Source of the DNA: Chara braunii
Lineage: Eukaryota > Plantae > Charophyceae
Reading direction: 5' to 3'
DNA: 64,000 nt
Assembly (NCBI GenBank): GCA_003427395.1
Contig: BFEA01000022.1
Location: 193,486 to 257,485 of the forward strand
The notes beneath the pieces are model-generated. The model saw nothing but the letters and a program-made list of their open reading frames with translations. It was not told the DNA's origin and did not search any database. Below, piece by piece: positions 14,127 to 25,399 of the stretch; within the stretch, counting starts at the first letter, position 1, and the number at the start of each line of letters is the position of its first letter. A program made the translations under genes and the position numbers.

Positions 14127-14502
14127 CTTGGTCGAATCTCTTACTCAAATTTCCCTATTAAGAAGAGGTAAAGAAAACTTTCATTTAGCATCCTGATTTC
14201 GGTTTGACACCTATCAGCCTCCGATATAACTACTTCGTAGTCCAAGTCTAACAGGTTCTACCCTAGTTTCTTTATTTTTAAATCCCCTTTAGTAAGAATC
14301 ATTCCCTCTATAGGACTTCCCTCATGGTCTCTTAAATCAGGCAGTCAATCATGTCAAAGGTAACTTATTATATTAATAACATCCATCCAACATAGATAGT
14401 CAAACAAGACATCACGTATTCCGCCTCTCAGTATACGCCTATTTTCTTCTCAATCCTACACCCGGATATCGTTCCACCAGGGACAACGGTAGGCTTCCGT
14501 TA

Positions 14503-14520
14503 TCCCCGGCAACGACGCCA
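14503..14520 (-). promoter_or_regulatory. Primer-binding site, tRNA-Asp type
   Basis: Minus strand reads TGGCGTCGTTGCCGGGGA, one mismatch from the Athila-type TGGCGCCGTTGCCGGGGA. It lies ~380 bp upstream of gag. Confidence 0.85.
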
Positions 14521-15387
14521 CCTATCAAGCGCATCAGTCCAGCACCACGCAAAACGGAGCGGGACCCTCCCGGCCGCGTCACGCAGGAGTTGGTCTATTC
14601 CTCTTCGCGATATATATATGGAACTTTCGTAAGCCGCTCCGGCCGAGTTCGCCAGCCATACCTCTTGCAAGCCCCTACGACAGGATAGGGCCTACGCGAG
14701 GCACGACTTACCTCCATCTTACGGGAGTTGTCACCTCTCTTCGGTGGGCGTATCCCCGCCGAGCTACCAGTCCACAGTACGAAAGCTAATCAGCTCCAAT
14801 CGCAGAGGTGGACCAGCTGAGGGTGTTTCTCGTTCGCCGTAGCACAGGGGATACGCACGATTTCATGCCTCTATCGAACCCGCACGCGAACCGACGCCTT
14901 GGGGGGCGGAGGTCCCAAGCGCGACCCGTCGTCGGTCAATTAGGACGCTTACCGCACACCACGCGCACACCACTCTAAAGACAAAAAAAATGAGAACATG
15001 CACGTACACACACATATACAGAACGAATAAAACAAACAACGCACACAATCCTAGTCCCTTCAGTAGCCATCCCATAACTTTCCGCTGTAAAAATTAGATA
15101 TGCCACGCGCGCAAGAGTTAGTATAAAACCGCGCGGACGCAGGACTTTCCCATATCGACTAGCAATGTATGAATATACAAGCAGTCGCAATGATGGCATA
15201 CTATGTAGTGCCCATAATCAAGCGGTCTGGTGGGCAGGGCAAATAGGCTCTGCACAGGGGGTGATCCCTTCTATGCAGAGTCTAAGACCTAGGATGTCAT
15301 GGACAAGGTCCTCGAATCCAGGCCCATGACCAACGTCCGACTAAGAAATTTTTAAGAAGCATACAATAATAAAAGAGGAATACCTAT

Positions 15388-15885
15388 GTATACGTGATCG
15401 CAAATGATCAAATCCAAAGTCCAAACCACATATCATATCCGCAATCACATCGAAGACTCAACCAAAAATCCACACACTACACAGAGTCAACTTCAACCAT
15501 TCTCTATACTCGTACCCCTCGCTTTAGCCATGCAAGCCCCAACCTTTGTCCAACCATCCATAATTAAATACTCAGTACCTAATTAGATGACCATTCAATA
15601 AAAGTCTGGGTGCACCATCACAGTGGAATCCCTCACAACCATATATATCGTCACAACCATATATACATGTATGTGATCGCAAACAATGAAATCCAAAGTC
15701 CGAACCATAGAACATATCTGCAATCACATCAAAGACTCAACCAAAAGTCTACACACTACACAGAGTCAACTTCAACCATTCTCTATACTCATACCCCTCA
15801 CTTTAGCCATGCAAGCCCCAACCTTTGTCCAACCATCCATAATTAAATACGCAGTACCTAGTTAGATGATCATTTAATAAAAGTA
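15388..15885. repeat. Direct duplication of ~215 bp (period ~280)
   Basis: AAATCCAAAGTCC...CACTACACAGAGTCAACTTCAACCATTCTCTATACTC...AATAAAAGT occurs twice. Confidence 0.9.
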
Positions 15886-16115
15886 TGAGTGCAAAGGTTA
15901 TCAGTGGTAAGAAAAAATGATCCTTGTGGGATCAATTTGAGTCTATTCCAAATATTGAATCAAACGATCAAGAGGACCTGTAAGACAAGACAGACCAATC
16001 CAGAAGCTAGACCTATAAGTCAATGGAGAATACTCTTCATATCACAACCTCATTCAACGTTCTCATGTAAACTAAGTCTGAGCCTACCTCTAAGTCAGTG
16101 CTAAAGAAAAGGTAG

Positions 16116-16880
16116 ACCTTTGGCAGAATCTCCTCTGTATAGATTGGATTGCCAGAATTGCCTAAAAAAAAGGTGAACCTTTGGCAGAATCTCCTCTGTA
16201 TAGATTGGATTGCCAGAATCGTCACCTGTAAAAATAAAATCTAATTCCTTTAAACTAAGAAAAATTCGGGATTGCCAGAATCGTCACCTGTAAAAATAAA
16301 ATCTAACTCATTTAAACTAAGAAAAATTCGACAGCGCTTCCCGTAGAAAAAGTGTCTTCTCACAATTTATACTAAGCCTAAATACGAAAACATAAATAAT
16401 TTTTAACTCAAGTCGAATTTTATCTAACTCCCTGAATTAGTAAAAATTTGAGCAGCACCGCTTCAAAAAATGAGACTTTCCAGATTTATACTAAGTCCGA
16501 TTTGAACTCAAAAAACAAACTTGAGTTCAAATAAGACCAAATTTAACTAACTCCCCAGATTTGTAAAAATTTCGGCAACACTCCCTTTAGAAAAGTGTTG
16601 ATCCAAGATTTATACAAAGCTAAGTTCAGAATCTTAAAGCGACTTTTGACTTCTGAAGGTGAAATTTTTTCCAACTCCTTGAATTAGCAAAAATTTGGGC
16701 AACACTCCCTTTAGAAAAGAAGACTTCCCAAATTTCTACGAAGCCATATATAAAGTTTAAACAAGTTGGATTTTGAAAGGTCAAAATTTAAATAACTCCT
16801 TGGATTTGCAAAAATTTCGGCAGCGTTTCCCGCAAAGAAAGTAGCTTACCAAGATTTATACAAAGCCAAATATAAAAAAT
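16116..16880. repeat. Two ~62-bp duplications followed by ~5 diverged ~122-bp tandem units
   Basis: ACCTTTGGCAGAATCTCCTCTGTATAGATTGGATTGCCAGAAT x2 and GATTGCCAGAATCGTCACCTGTAAAAATAAAATCTAA x2. Then a recurring AACTCC...AAAATTT(C/G)GGCA(A/G)C...ATTTATAC(T/A)AAG unit. Confidence 0.85.
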
Positions 16881-17157
16881 AATTCCAGAAAATGCAAGAA
16901 TTGACCTAAGTAAAAATAAACCTAGCTCAGAAAATGCATGAATTGAAACTAACCCCTATCACTCTAGCACGTGGCGAGCAGCTAAAGCAACTACCAATCA
17001 AACTGAAACTCAGACCAAGTAGTAATCTCACTCTGTCACATGCAAGGCCAAACACAAGGAGTAAGTACTCTCACCATCCCTAAGTCAAAATCCTCATAGA
17101 TAGTTCATGAATCTTTCAGATGATTTAACCCTTGTACCCAGCTTACATATGGTACGG

Positions 17158-17919
17158 TGCTAGACCATTCAACTTAGAAACAATGTCTAGCATGCCTTTA
17201 GGATATACATGAACATGTTGCACAACTACTTTTCTCTTGTTTGGGCATATGACTAGACCATTCATCTTAGGAACAATGCCTAGTCGCCCTAAGTTGTTTA
17301 ATAGCCAAAATTTAATAATTTTATGATTTTGTTTTAAAAAGAAATAAAAAGATGGGCAGGGGACTGAGCCATTCAACTTAAAAACAATGCTCAGCTTGCC
17401 CAAATTACTTCCAATTATACTTAGTACTTTCTCTTCTCTTCTTAATGATATGGCTTAGTGTTGGACCATTCAACTTAGAAACAATGTCCAACTGTCGGTT
17501 CACATTCAAGTATAGATAAAATATTTCCTGTTTATACTCAATTTATATTTATGTGCGTGGTTTTTAGGCTAAACCATTCAGCTTAGAAACAGTACTTAGC
17601 CTTAAATAAAAAATCCTCCCTTAAAAATAAAACAAAAGACTGAACCATTCAACTTAGAAACAATGTTCAGCCTATCCTCAAACAATTTAAAGCATGAAGT
17701 TGAATTTTTCAGCCCAACTTCAGTCAGAAACGCCAAAAGAAACAAATAGACCAAGCCATTCACTTAGAAACAATGCTTGGTCCCGGAGATCAGTCAGGCA
17801 AGCTCTCATAATTAAACACAACAACCAGGTCATTAAGCTTAGAAACAATGTCGGGTCCTTCAAAAAATAGTCAAATAAACATAGCCCTGAGTCATTCATC
17901 TTAGAAACAATACCTAGTC
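17158..17919 (-). repeat. Array of 9 interspaced hairpins with a conserved core (plus strand CCATTCAACTTAGAAACAATG) and variable self-complementary stems
   Basis: Copies at ~17159, 17251, 17362, 17460, 17566, 17637, 17749, 17821 and 17884. Stems covary between copies. The strand is inferred from G-U wobbles and element orientation. Confidence 0.9.
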
Positions 17920-20900
17920 TTTGGTTGACCCGACCAAACGCATGCACACTGCCTTCCTGCTACCTTTCCCCAGTTCATCCCTTAGTCTGCTTTCAGTCAA
18001 AATAAAAAGAAACTTAAAATTCACGTATGCATTAATTCTCTTTAGTCTGATTGAATTTTGAAAAGAAAATAGAATCATAGGGGATCACATACATACAATC
18101 AGTCAAACTGAAGGGAGATAGCCAAACATGGGTATAGTGGGTCATAAAGATAGAAAAAGTTATACCTGACGGTTCCCTACCTCCATAACTCCTCCCGAGT
18201 TCCGGCATAGCTCCCTTAATCGGTGGGCGGACTCCCCACAGAGTCTTGCTGTGGTCCTACGGGTTGCAATCCCGCCTGACGCCTTCCTCTCTGATCAGGA
18301 TTAGACTGAGAGTAAGAAAGGTAGAAAGAGGGGTTTCAGACTCGCGAGATACAGGAGGGGAACAACTCAACTCCCAGGAGAGGACCTTGTTATCTTCATG
18401 CACCTGAGGGCCCCACAATGATGGCCAAACAGCAACAGCCTGGTAAAAACTGAAGTCAAACTGTTGACTGTTGACTGTCCGATGACCCTCAAAATTACAG
18501 CGACGACCTCCCTATATTTGATCACTCTCTCATACCGTAGGGCCGGCCTCCCCTCACCAACCCACAACTAGTACACAGTCTGGAAATGCCTTATCCGAAC
18601 GGATTACACCTTTGTGCTCTGCCTGAAATGCAGCAGCGCACCGCAACAAAGGTCTATGATCATCACTAGCGAACCCTCCGCATGCCTGCGACCAACAATA
18701 TCTAGTGGATCCGGCAAGCAACAAGCAGCAAACCACGACTCAGCAAACAACGAACACTACAAATGGTAGTTCAAATGAAGCAGCAGCTCAGTCGGCTGCA
18801 ACTTCAGGAACAGTACTTTACGAAAGTCACTACTTCTCATAGTTGACCCTGACTCAAGCTTGACAAGGTCTTCTCTCTCAAAAGTCGGGATAGCCAGCAC
18901 ATATTAACTCTAAAACTACCACGACGACTCATGCTGCAGAGAGTTCAGAACGAAAATAAGAGAGCGATGGATTAAGGAGACGTCCTTAGTCCCATAGTGC
19001 AAAACGCTCACATTACGGAGTGTGTGGCATAGGCTTTGGGGGAGGTATCTGGCTATCGGCAGAATCAACCAGGTGGCGAGTGTAACTAATAATAGTTGCT
19101 AGATTCAAACTTATGCCGGCAGCTCGACAGTTTCATATGTACAGGACTCGCGCAACCCGCAATTTAGCAAAGCGAGAGGAAGACTTCTGCAAGAAAAATA
19201 AAAACACATCGTCGAGCTCCTTTCCCTGTCATCGATGGTACGAGTGAGATCCTAATGGATCTCCCATTGGAATACAGCCTGACGCTTCTTCCAGTGTGAG
19301 CAACACACCGGCCAATATGTAAGTCTCCAACCTCACGACCCAGCCCCCGCTAGCTCCGTCGATGGAACGAGCAAAACTGAACAAAGTTTGCCGACCGACG
19401 ACTCTCCGGTTACCTTCATCGACCGCACGAGTAATGTGCTCGTCAACAAGTAAGTATCAATCACTCCCTCGCTCCCCCCCTTTCTGGCGAACGAAACGCA
19501 GTCGGCCGCTGGCATGGCCAGACCTAGCCACAATTCAAGGAGAAGAGTCGGCCAGGCTGCTAGGCCGAAAACATGGGATGACGAATCAGCGACGGAACAT
19601 TGGTTGGACATGATCACAAACCCGACTGAGGGCAATGACAGAACTATAAACCACGTACATTACGAGCAACCGTAGCCCGTCCCTCAACAACTATACAAAG
19701 CAAGAGTGAATCTTCCGCCTGAACGCAGAAAGATACATCTCATCTTCAATGTTCTCCCTCCCGCACTCAGCGCAGTGTCTGCAGGTCGTGGCGGTCGAAC
19801 CTCCTTGCAGATCACGAATCCGAACTCGCCAATGGACCCGTAGCGCACAAGAAGCCCCAAGACAGATCTCCATCCACCCCTTTCCATAACGAAACGGGCA
19901 TCTATTCTGCTCCCACCATAGCCACTTTCTCCTTTCATCCGCGCACATTAGTCAGCATAAACTCCTCAATCTACTAACTTCCTTCCAAAACTAACTTCAT
20001 AAACCGATTCGTCCGGCCCCAAATCGCTAGTCTAACATTTTCTCTTGCCCGCTTTCATCCCCTAATGGGCGAATTATATAATTTTTAATGTTTTCTTCCT
20101 CTCCCTCGCCGATGCCTCCGCGCACCTTTTTCCTTTCTAACTCTCTATTGACTAACCTATTGCCCAAACTAACACGATCATCGTGTTCGCCTGGGGTAAA
20201 AACCCCAAACTCGCCTTCTCTCCTGCTAAGACTCAATGAGAGGTGAATGAGTCATGGCTTCACCCTTCCACTATGCTCTCCTTCTCCGCCATGTCCGATT
20301 TCTCCCCTCTTTTCTACTTTGAATGTTCCTAATCCGAATTCGCACCCAGATGCAGATTCATTTTCTACCGTCTTTCTACGGTTGCGCCCCTCGTCTTTAC
20401 TAATGTAGCGCCGCCCCCGATATCTCTGCCAATATTGTGTCCGGTAGCGGTCAGTCTCTCCCATAAACCAAACATCGCAACTCCGACCAAACAGACTGCA
20501 CAGCGGTGGTCGTGGGTGTCGAAAGCTACTTCCAAATGTGTATCAATCACCTGCCAGCCCGATCAGCCCCGAAGACGGATAGCGTCAAGGCTTGCGTCCC
20601 ATACCAGGTCGTAGGTGCGACTCTGGCTCCGCGAGGAGTCAGCGGACGCACTCGTACTGTAGAGCCTAGGTGTGGGCTTAGGTAAATACAGACCCAGTGC
20701 GGATCTCGACGGTACCAGCAAACATTTAGATACAGACTTTGAAGGTCAGCGTGGGGAAAGGTTCCACACGTAGGCCACCGCTGCAGCGGCCTCCCCACAG
20801 TGTCTTCTGGGTCGCTCCTGCTAGGCACACAACTTGAGCCTCGACTAGGTAAGCCCCGGTGCAAACCTTTGTAACAGTAGCAAATACTCAAATGACCGCG

Positions 20901-21881
20901 CAAACAGTGTTGCCGTCCTCGGCATTCTGGGCTGCCCCGCCCGGGCACAGTCCTACTCCTTTTGGGTCACAGCGGGTATGCTCACATTCAAACCTCCAGC
21001 AACAACTCGTGGCTGGTGGATGGTACACCCACAAAGGGCCCGCGCCACCCAGGTTTCTTCCGTCTTGGGGCTACTCACCCGCCGACTCGCATGCACGTTA
21101 AACTTTTTCATGACGGGCAAGTCAATAAACCTCGCCGGTATCCCAAACACGCAGGAATTCGTAGGTCAACCGAAGGAGGCGCGCGCTCGCAGTCCTTGAC
21201 AGTCGTGACGGCCTTTAGATCCGACGTCGCGTCCGGATCAAAGAACGCCGAAGCATAGAAAAAACTACAATAAGTAATAAAATACCTAGAAAATTTTAAT
21301 CGTCAGAATATGACGAGTCGAGGAGAAGGAACTTGCTAGCACCATTCCAACGTAGCCGACGCCAAAACCAAGGGGAATAGCCCTGTCGGGCCCTCAACCC
21401 CGCGGTTCCTTCGCGCCGCTCCCACCCTCCCTCGCTGTCGCTCGCTGACCTCGATCCCTAAATGTCCCTCTTGGAGGTCCGACACTGCAACCAGTATTGA
21501 CGGACACCTAAATAATCGGATACTTCTCGATGCGACGAGCATACCTACCAAAATGTTTTCAAAATCACATTGTTGTCGATGCCGCCCTCCGTACATATGC
21601 GCAAGTCAATCAAGAATTAAAATCTTTTCTATCCTAGTTTATTCGGAAGAATAAAAAAATGGCCGGCGATCACACCGACTCTTCAATCATCAATAAAAAA
21701 AGATCATACGCGTCTTAAGTCCGCGTGCCCACACACTCTATACTCTAGTCAACCGTTCAGTCAACGTAAACCACAGATGCAGTCGCGCCTCGCGCGGTAT
21801 ACTTAAGATTTAAACTAAACTTATTTCCTGTCATCTAAAAACCCCAGGGCGGATACCCTTGTAAGGGTATTCGCACCGACA

Positions 21882-23047
21882 CCACTACGTGTCCCGTCCG
21901 GTCCCGGTGAATCTGTGTCGATTGACTTCATGGACACGAAGGTTAAAAGCAAAAATAGGAAGAATGAAGTGATGGTTGTCGTAGATAAATTTAGTAAATT
22001 TGTCGTTTTTATTCCACCACCCGTTGAGACAAAGACATATTTAGTGGTTAGAGAATTCTTCAATCATTGATTAAGGATTATGGATACCAGTTAACGATTG
22101 TTAGTGATAGAGATAGCAGATTCACGGGAAAGTACTGGCAACAATTGGTGAAAGTCTATGGATCAAAGCTGACCATGTCTTTCGGTCGACACCCGGAGAC
22201 CAATGGTCAAATCGAGCAGATGAACACAATGCTCCAGCAAGTGCTACGCATGTACATTAGGCCCGACCTGATTGATTGGGACGAACATCTCCCCAAAGCG
22301 TAGTTTGCGTACAATAACTTGGTGCACTTGTCCACTGCACGCAAACCTAACGAAGTGCATAGAGGTTGGCAACCCCAACATCCAATTGACTGCTTGAATC
22401 CAGATCAAATTCAAAGATTGGCGCCAAGTACAAAGGAGCTTCCCATTCAATACGAGAAGGATCTTCAAAGATTGGCGCCAAGTACAAAGGAGCTTGCCAT
22501 TCAATACGAGAAGGATCTAGAGCAGGTCAAAATGATCATCCTTAAGGCCCAACACCAGATGGTAGAACAAGCTAACAAACATCGACGACCATCGAAGTTT
22601 GCAGTAGGTGACTTGGTATGGGTTAAGTCTAAGGAGTTTGTTCCTTAAGAAAGGATATCGCAGAAACTGTTACCTGCATATAGGGGACCACGACAAGTCT
22701 TAGATGTTAAAGGAGAGGCAGATGGTCCGTCCTACACGATCGAGATTCCACCCCACTTGCACACGTGCCCGGTATTCCACGCATCTAAGTTGCTTTCTTC
22801 TATTACAAACGACCAGTTTCCCTCTCGATGTTCCACGATTCACCAGATATGGACGGAGGTTATGATGTAGACTGAACAGTGGTCGAAGATACTTTCCCGC
22901 ACAGGTGGCAAAGGAGGGCCACAACAACGATATAAGGTCAGGTTTGCCTACAGGAGCCCAGCGAAGATCACTGGTACCCGAGGGAAAGACTAATACAGAC
23001 AACCCCTCACATTGTCCCTTTCGGTGAGAGGGCCCGAAGAGGAATGA
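21882..23047 (+). pseudogene. Chromovirus integrase core and chromodomain-like tail, decayed
   Basis: 'PLRVPSGPGESVSIDFMDT', 'IVSDRDSRFTGKYW', 'HPETNGQIEQMN', 'FAVGDLVWV', 'PVFHASKL'. Includes a 54-bp internal duplication at ~22411-22518. Confidence 0.9.
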
Positions 23048-23048
23048 A

Positions 23049-23685
23049 TGTGTATGATAAATAAAGTTGAGATTTTCTCGGAGGACCTCGAAATTAGGCC
23101 GGCGGGAGTGAAAGGATTCCCGCTGCAGATACCCAGTCCCTGTCCCAAGGTCCTGACAAGTCCCAAGTCCGAACGTCATCCTGTAGGGTAGGCAGTAGGG
23201 TCTAGAGACCGAAACGTCATCGGTTGGTAGGTGTCGGTACCGAAGCGTCACAGGCCGGTAGGAGTCTGTCCGATACCCGACAAGAAAAGTCCAGAAGCGT
23301 CCAGTCCAGTCCGACAGTCCCAAGTCCAATTTTGCAGCATGTCCCAGGAAAGTCCTGAAGCTACCAAACCAACAAAATGTTTGCAGCAAACAGGTCGTGG
23401 CCGACCGGTACCGGTCTGAAGCAGGCCAAGCCAAGCCATGCCAAGTGAAGCCAAGTCCTATATTTAGTTGCTACAATGCAATGTCTCATCACTTGTTCAG
23501 TTGCGGGATGTGGAAGCACTGCCGCTGCTTGTGCATTAATGCAACTTGGGCACTGTGCACCTAAAGAAGAAGAGGGTGCTTGAGAGATACTCCATAGCTA
23601 GGCTAGACGTAGAGCAGGAGGACGGTGGCCATAGCCGCCAAGGTGTGAGCAACCTGAGTGGGTGTATCTCGAGTAACGATCCAGG

Positions 23686-23731
<46 letters not shown>

Positions 23732-23955
23732 NNNNNNNNNNNNNNNNNNNNNNNNNNNNNNNNNNNNNNNNNNNNNNNNNNNNNNNNNNNNNNNNNNNNN
23801 NNNNNNNNNNNNNNNNNNNNNNNNNNNNNNNNNNNNNNNNNNNNNNNNNNNNNNNNNNNNNNNNNNNNNNNNNNNNNNNNNNNNNNNNNNNNNNNNNNNN
23901 NNNNNNNNNNNNNNNNNNNNNNNNNNNNNNNNNNNNNNNNNNNNNNNNNNNNNNN

Positions 23956-23991
<36 letters not shown>

Positions 23992-24130
23992 AGCCATAGC
24001 CGCTATCTGGTTGAGACCCGTTGCGTGTGTGTGTGCGGTAGAGCCGTTGGAGACAAACATTCTTGTATATTGATAATAATATTGGAGACGACATTTTCAA
24101 GTGTTGATTGTATCTCAATTTGGCTTCTCA
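23049..24130 (+). repeat. Probable 3' LTR of the preceding integrase fragment, containing (GA)n and an assembly gap
   Basis: Follows a purine-rich tract and starts TG. The right boundary is uncertain. Confidence 0.5.
23732..23955. other. Assembly gap (N run) flanked by (GA)n
   Basis: Run of n in the sequence. Confidence 0.99.
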
Positions 24131-24189
24131 CAAATGATAGTTTATGTATGCGAAGTTGAACTTGACGAGTACTTGACTCATTTCAGATA

Positions 24190-25332
24190 TGCAAGGAATA
24201 TGAGCGAGAGCGATATACAGAAAACCAAGTTGCAAAATCACGCAGAAGTCCAGATAGTCATGTAACAAGCAGAGAGCTCAAATGCACCAAGATTCCATCC
24301 AAATAAGAGCAATACAATGAACTCGTGAGCCANTCACGCAGAAGTCCAGATAGTCATGTAACAAGCAGAGAGCTCAAATGCACCAAGATTCCATCCAAAT
24401 AAGAGCAATACAATGAACTCGTGAGCCAGCGTTCAAGTCCTTAGGCCATACCAACACAGTATTCAATGTTGCTCCTCTTGTCTGGCGCTCAGCGCCTAAC
24501 CTACTCTACCCATCCTACCTAGCCTATCTACATTCATGCAACAGGCTCACTTTGACTTTCAAGACCAATGTACATGACGTCAACACAAATGCCGACCTCC
24601 CACATACACCAGGTACATACTCTCGACTCCCCTCATCATTCCCTCTCCCTTACACCTGATGCGCCTCCTACTCGAAGACCACCTTCGCCTCCTGCTGCTC
24701 GAGCGCCCTGCTGCCTTGCAGCACCCCTCACAATTGCTCGTTATCGCAGCAGCGTGTCCGCATTGGCTGCCTAGGCCACACTGCCCAAGACTGGTAGGCC
24801 TCTTCCCTATATGGGAGATGTGATGCTGCTGGTTTGTCTGGGCCTGGCCGTGGAAGCGTCCAGTAGCTTCTGGTCCGACCCCAGTATCTGCACCCAGGCC
24901 CATGTCTGCATTTGAGGGCTTGGGCCCGTTACAGTTGGGCACACCCAGAATTATCCAGGCTCTGAATGTTTGCTATGCTTGTATTGGCTAGTGGGCAGAT
25001 GTGACGACAATGCTGCATTCTCATTGGCCTGTAGCCACTTCGTCATGTGTCGGCCTCACGCTGCATGTGCCCATGGCGCAACCACCTACGTCCTGGGCTC
25101 AACCGCCTGACGCAGCTGCTTCTTCTGGAAGAGCCCACCCTGGGGCCCAGGTTGCACTTCAACCAACTGACGTGCAGCAACTATCTGAGACCCTCATTGG
25201 AAAATGTTGAGATAAGGGCCTCTCGTGAATATTCAGGCCCGCCTTCACTTAGGGCGGGCACGAGGCTTGTTGGGGCCACAGTCCAGGACATATGCATGTT
25301 GTCTAGGGCCCCCTGAGGAAACATTCCTCACA
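24190..25332 (-). repeat. 3' LTR
   Basis: Minus strand TGTGAGGAA...TGCA, matching 33554-34714. Confidence 0.92.
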
Positions 25333-25350
25333 TTCCATCCCCCTTAGCTT
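25333..25350 (-). promoter_or_regulatory. Polypurine tract
   Basis: Minus strand AAGCTAAGGGGGATGGAA immediately precedes the 3' LTR. Confidence 0.8.
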
Positions 25351-25399
25351 CGAAAGTCCGCTGACTGCCACAATCTGAGGTGTTGTCTCACTCAGTTCC

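Larger units (their letters stand above)
7070..21881 (-). mobile_element. Athila/Tat-like (non-chromovirus) Ty3/gypsy LTR retrotransposon, decayed, no 3' LTR seen
   Basis: Order on minus is gag-PR-RT-RH-INT, with a tRNA-Asp-type PBS at 14503-14520. The outer boundary at 21881 is inferred from a TGTCGG terminus abutting a foreign integrase frame. Confidence 0.75.
14523..21881 (-). repeat. Putative giant (~7.4 kb) 5' LTR
   Basis: Non-coding stretch from TGTCGG (21881, minus) to 2 nt before the PBS. No second copy is in the window, so it could be a composite of several insertions. Confidence 0.5.

Noticed and set aside
17158-17919. CRISPR array or TIGR-like guide array
   Set aside because: Eukaryotic TE context with no cas or effector gene. 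Spacing is irregular, and the stems vary while the loop is constant, unlike CRISPR repeats.
17143-17947. ORFs with a repeated 'IVSKLNG' peptide (17143-17403, 17720-17947)
   Set aside because: These are translations of the hairpin core. The frame is not kept across the array, and conservation follows base pairing rather than codons.
24235-24430. ~97-bp duplication in the 3' LTR
   Set aside because: The copies look identical and are joined at a single N, so this is probably an assembly overlap artefact.
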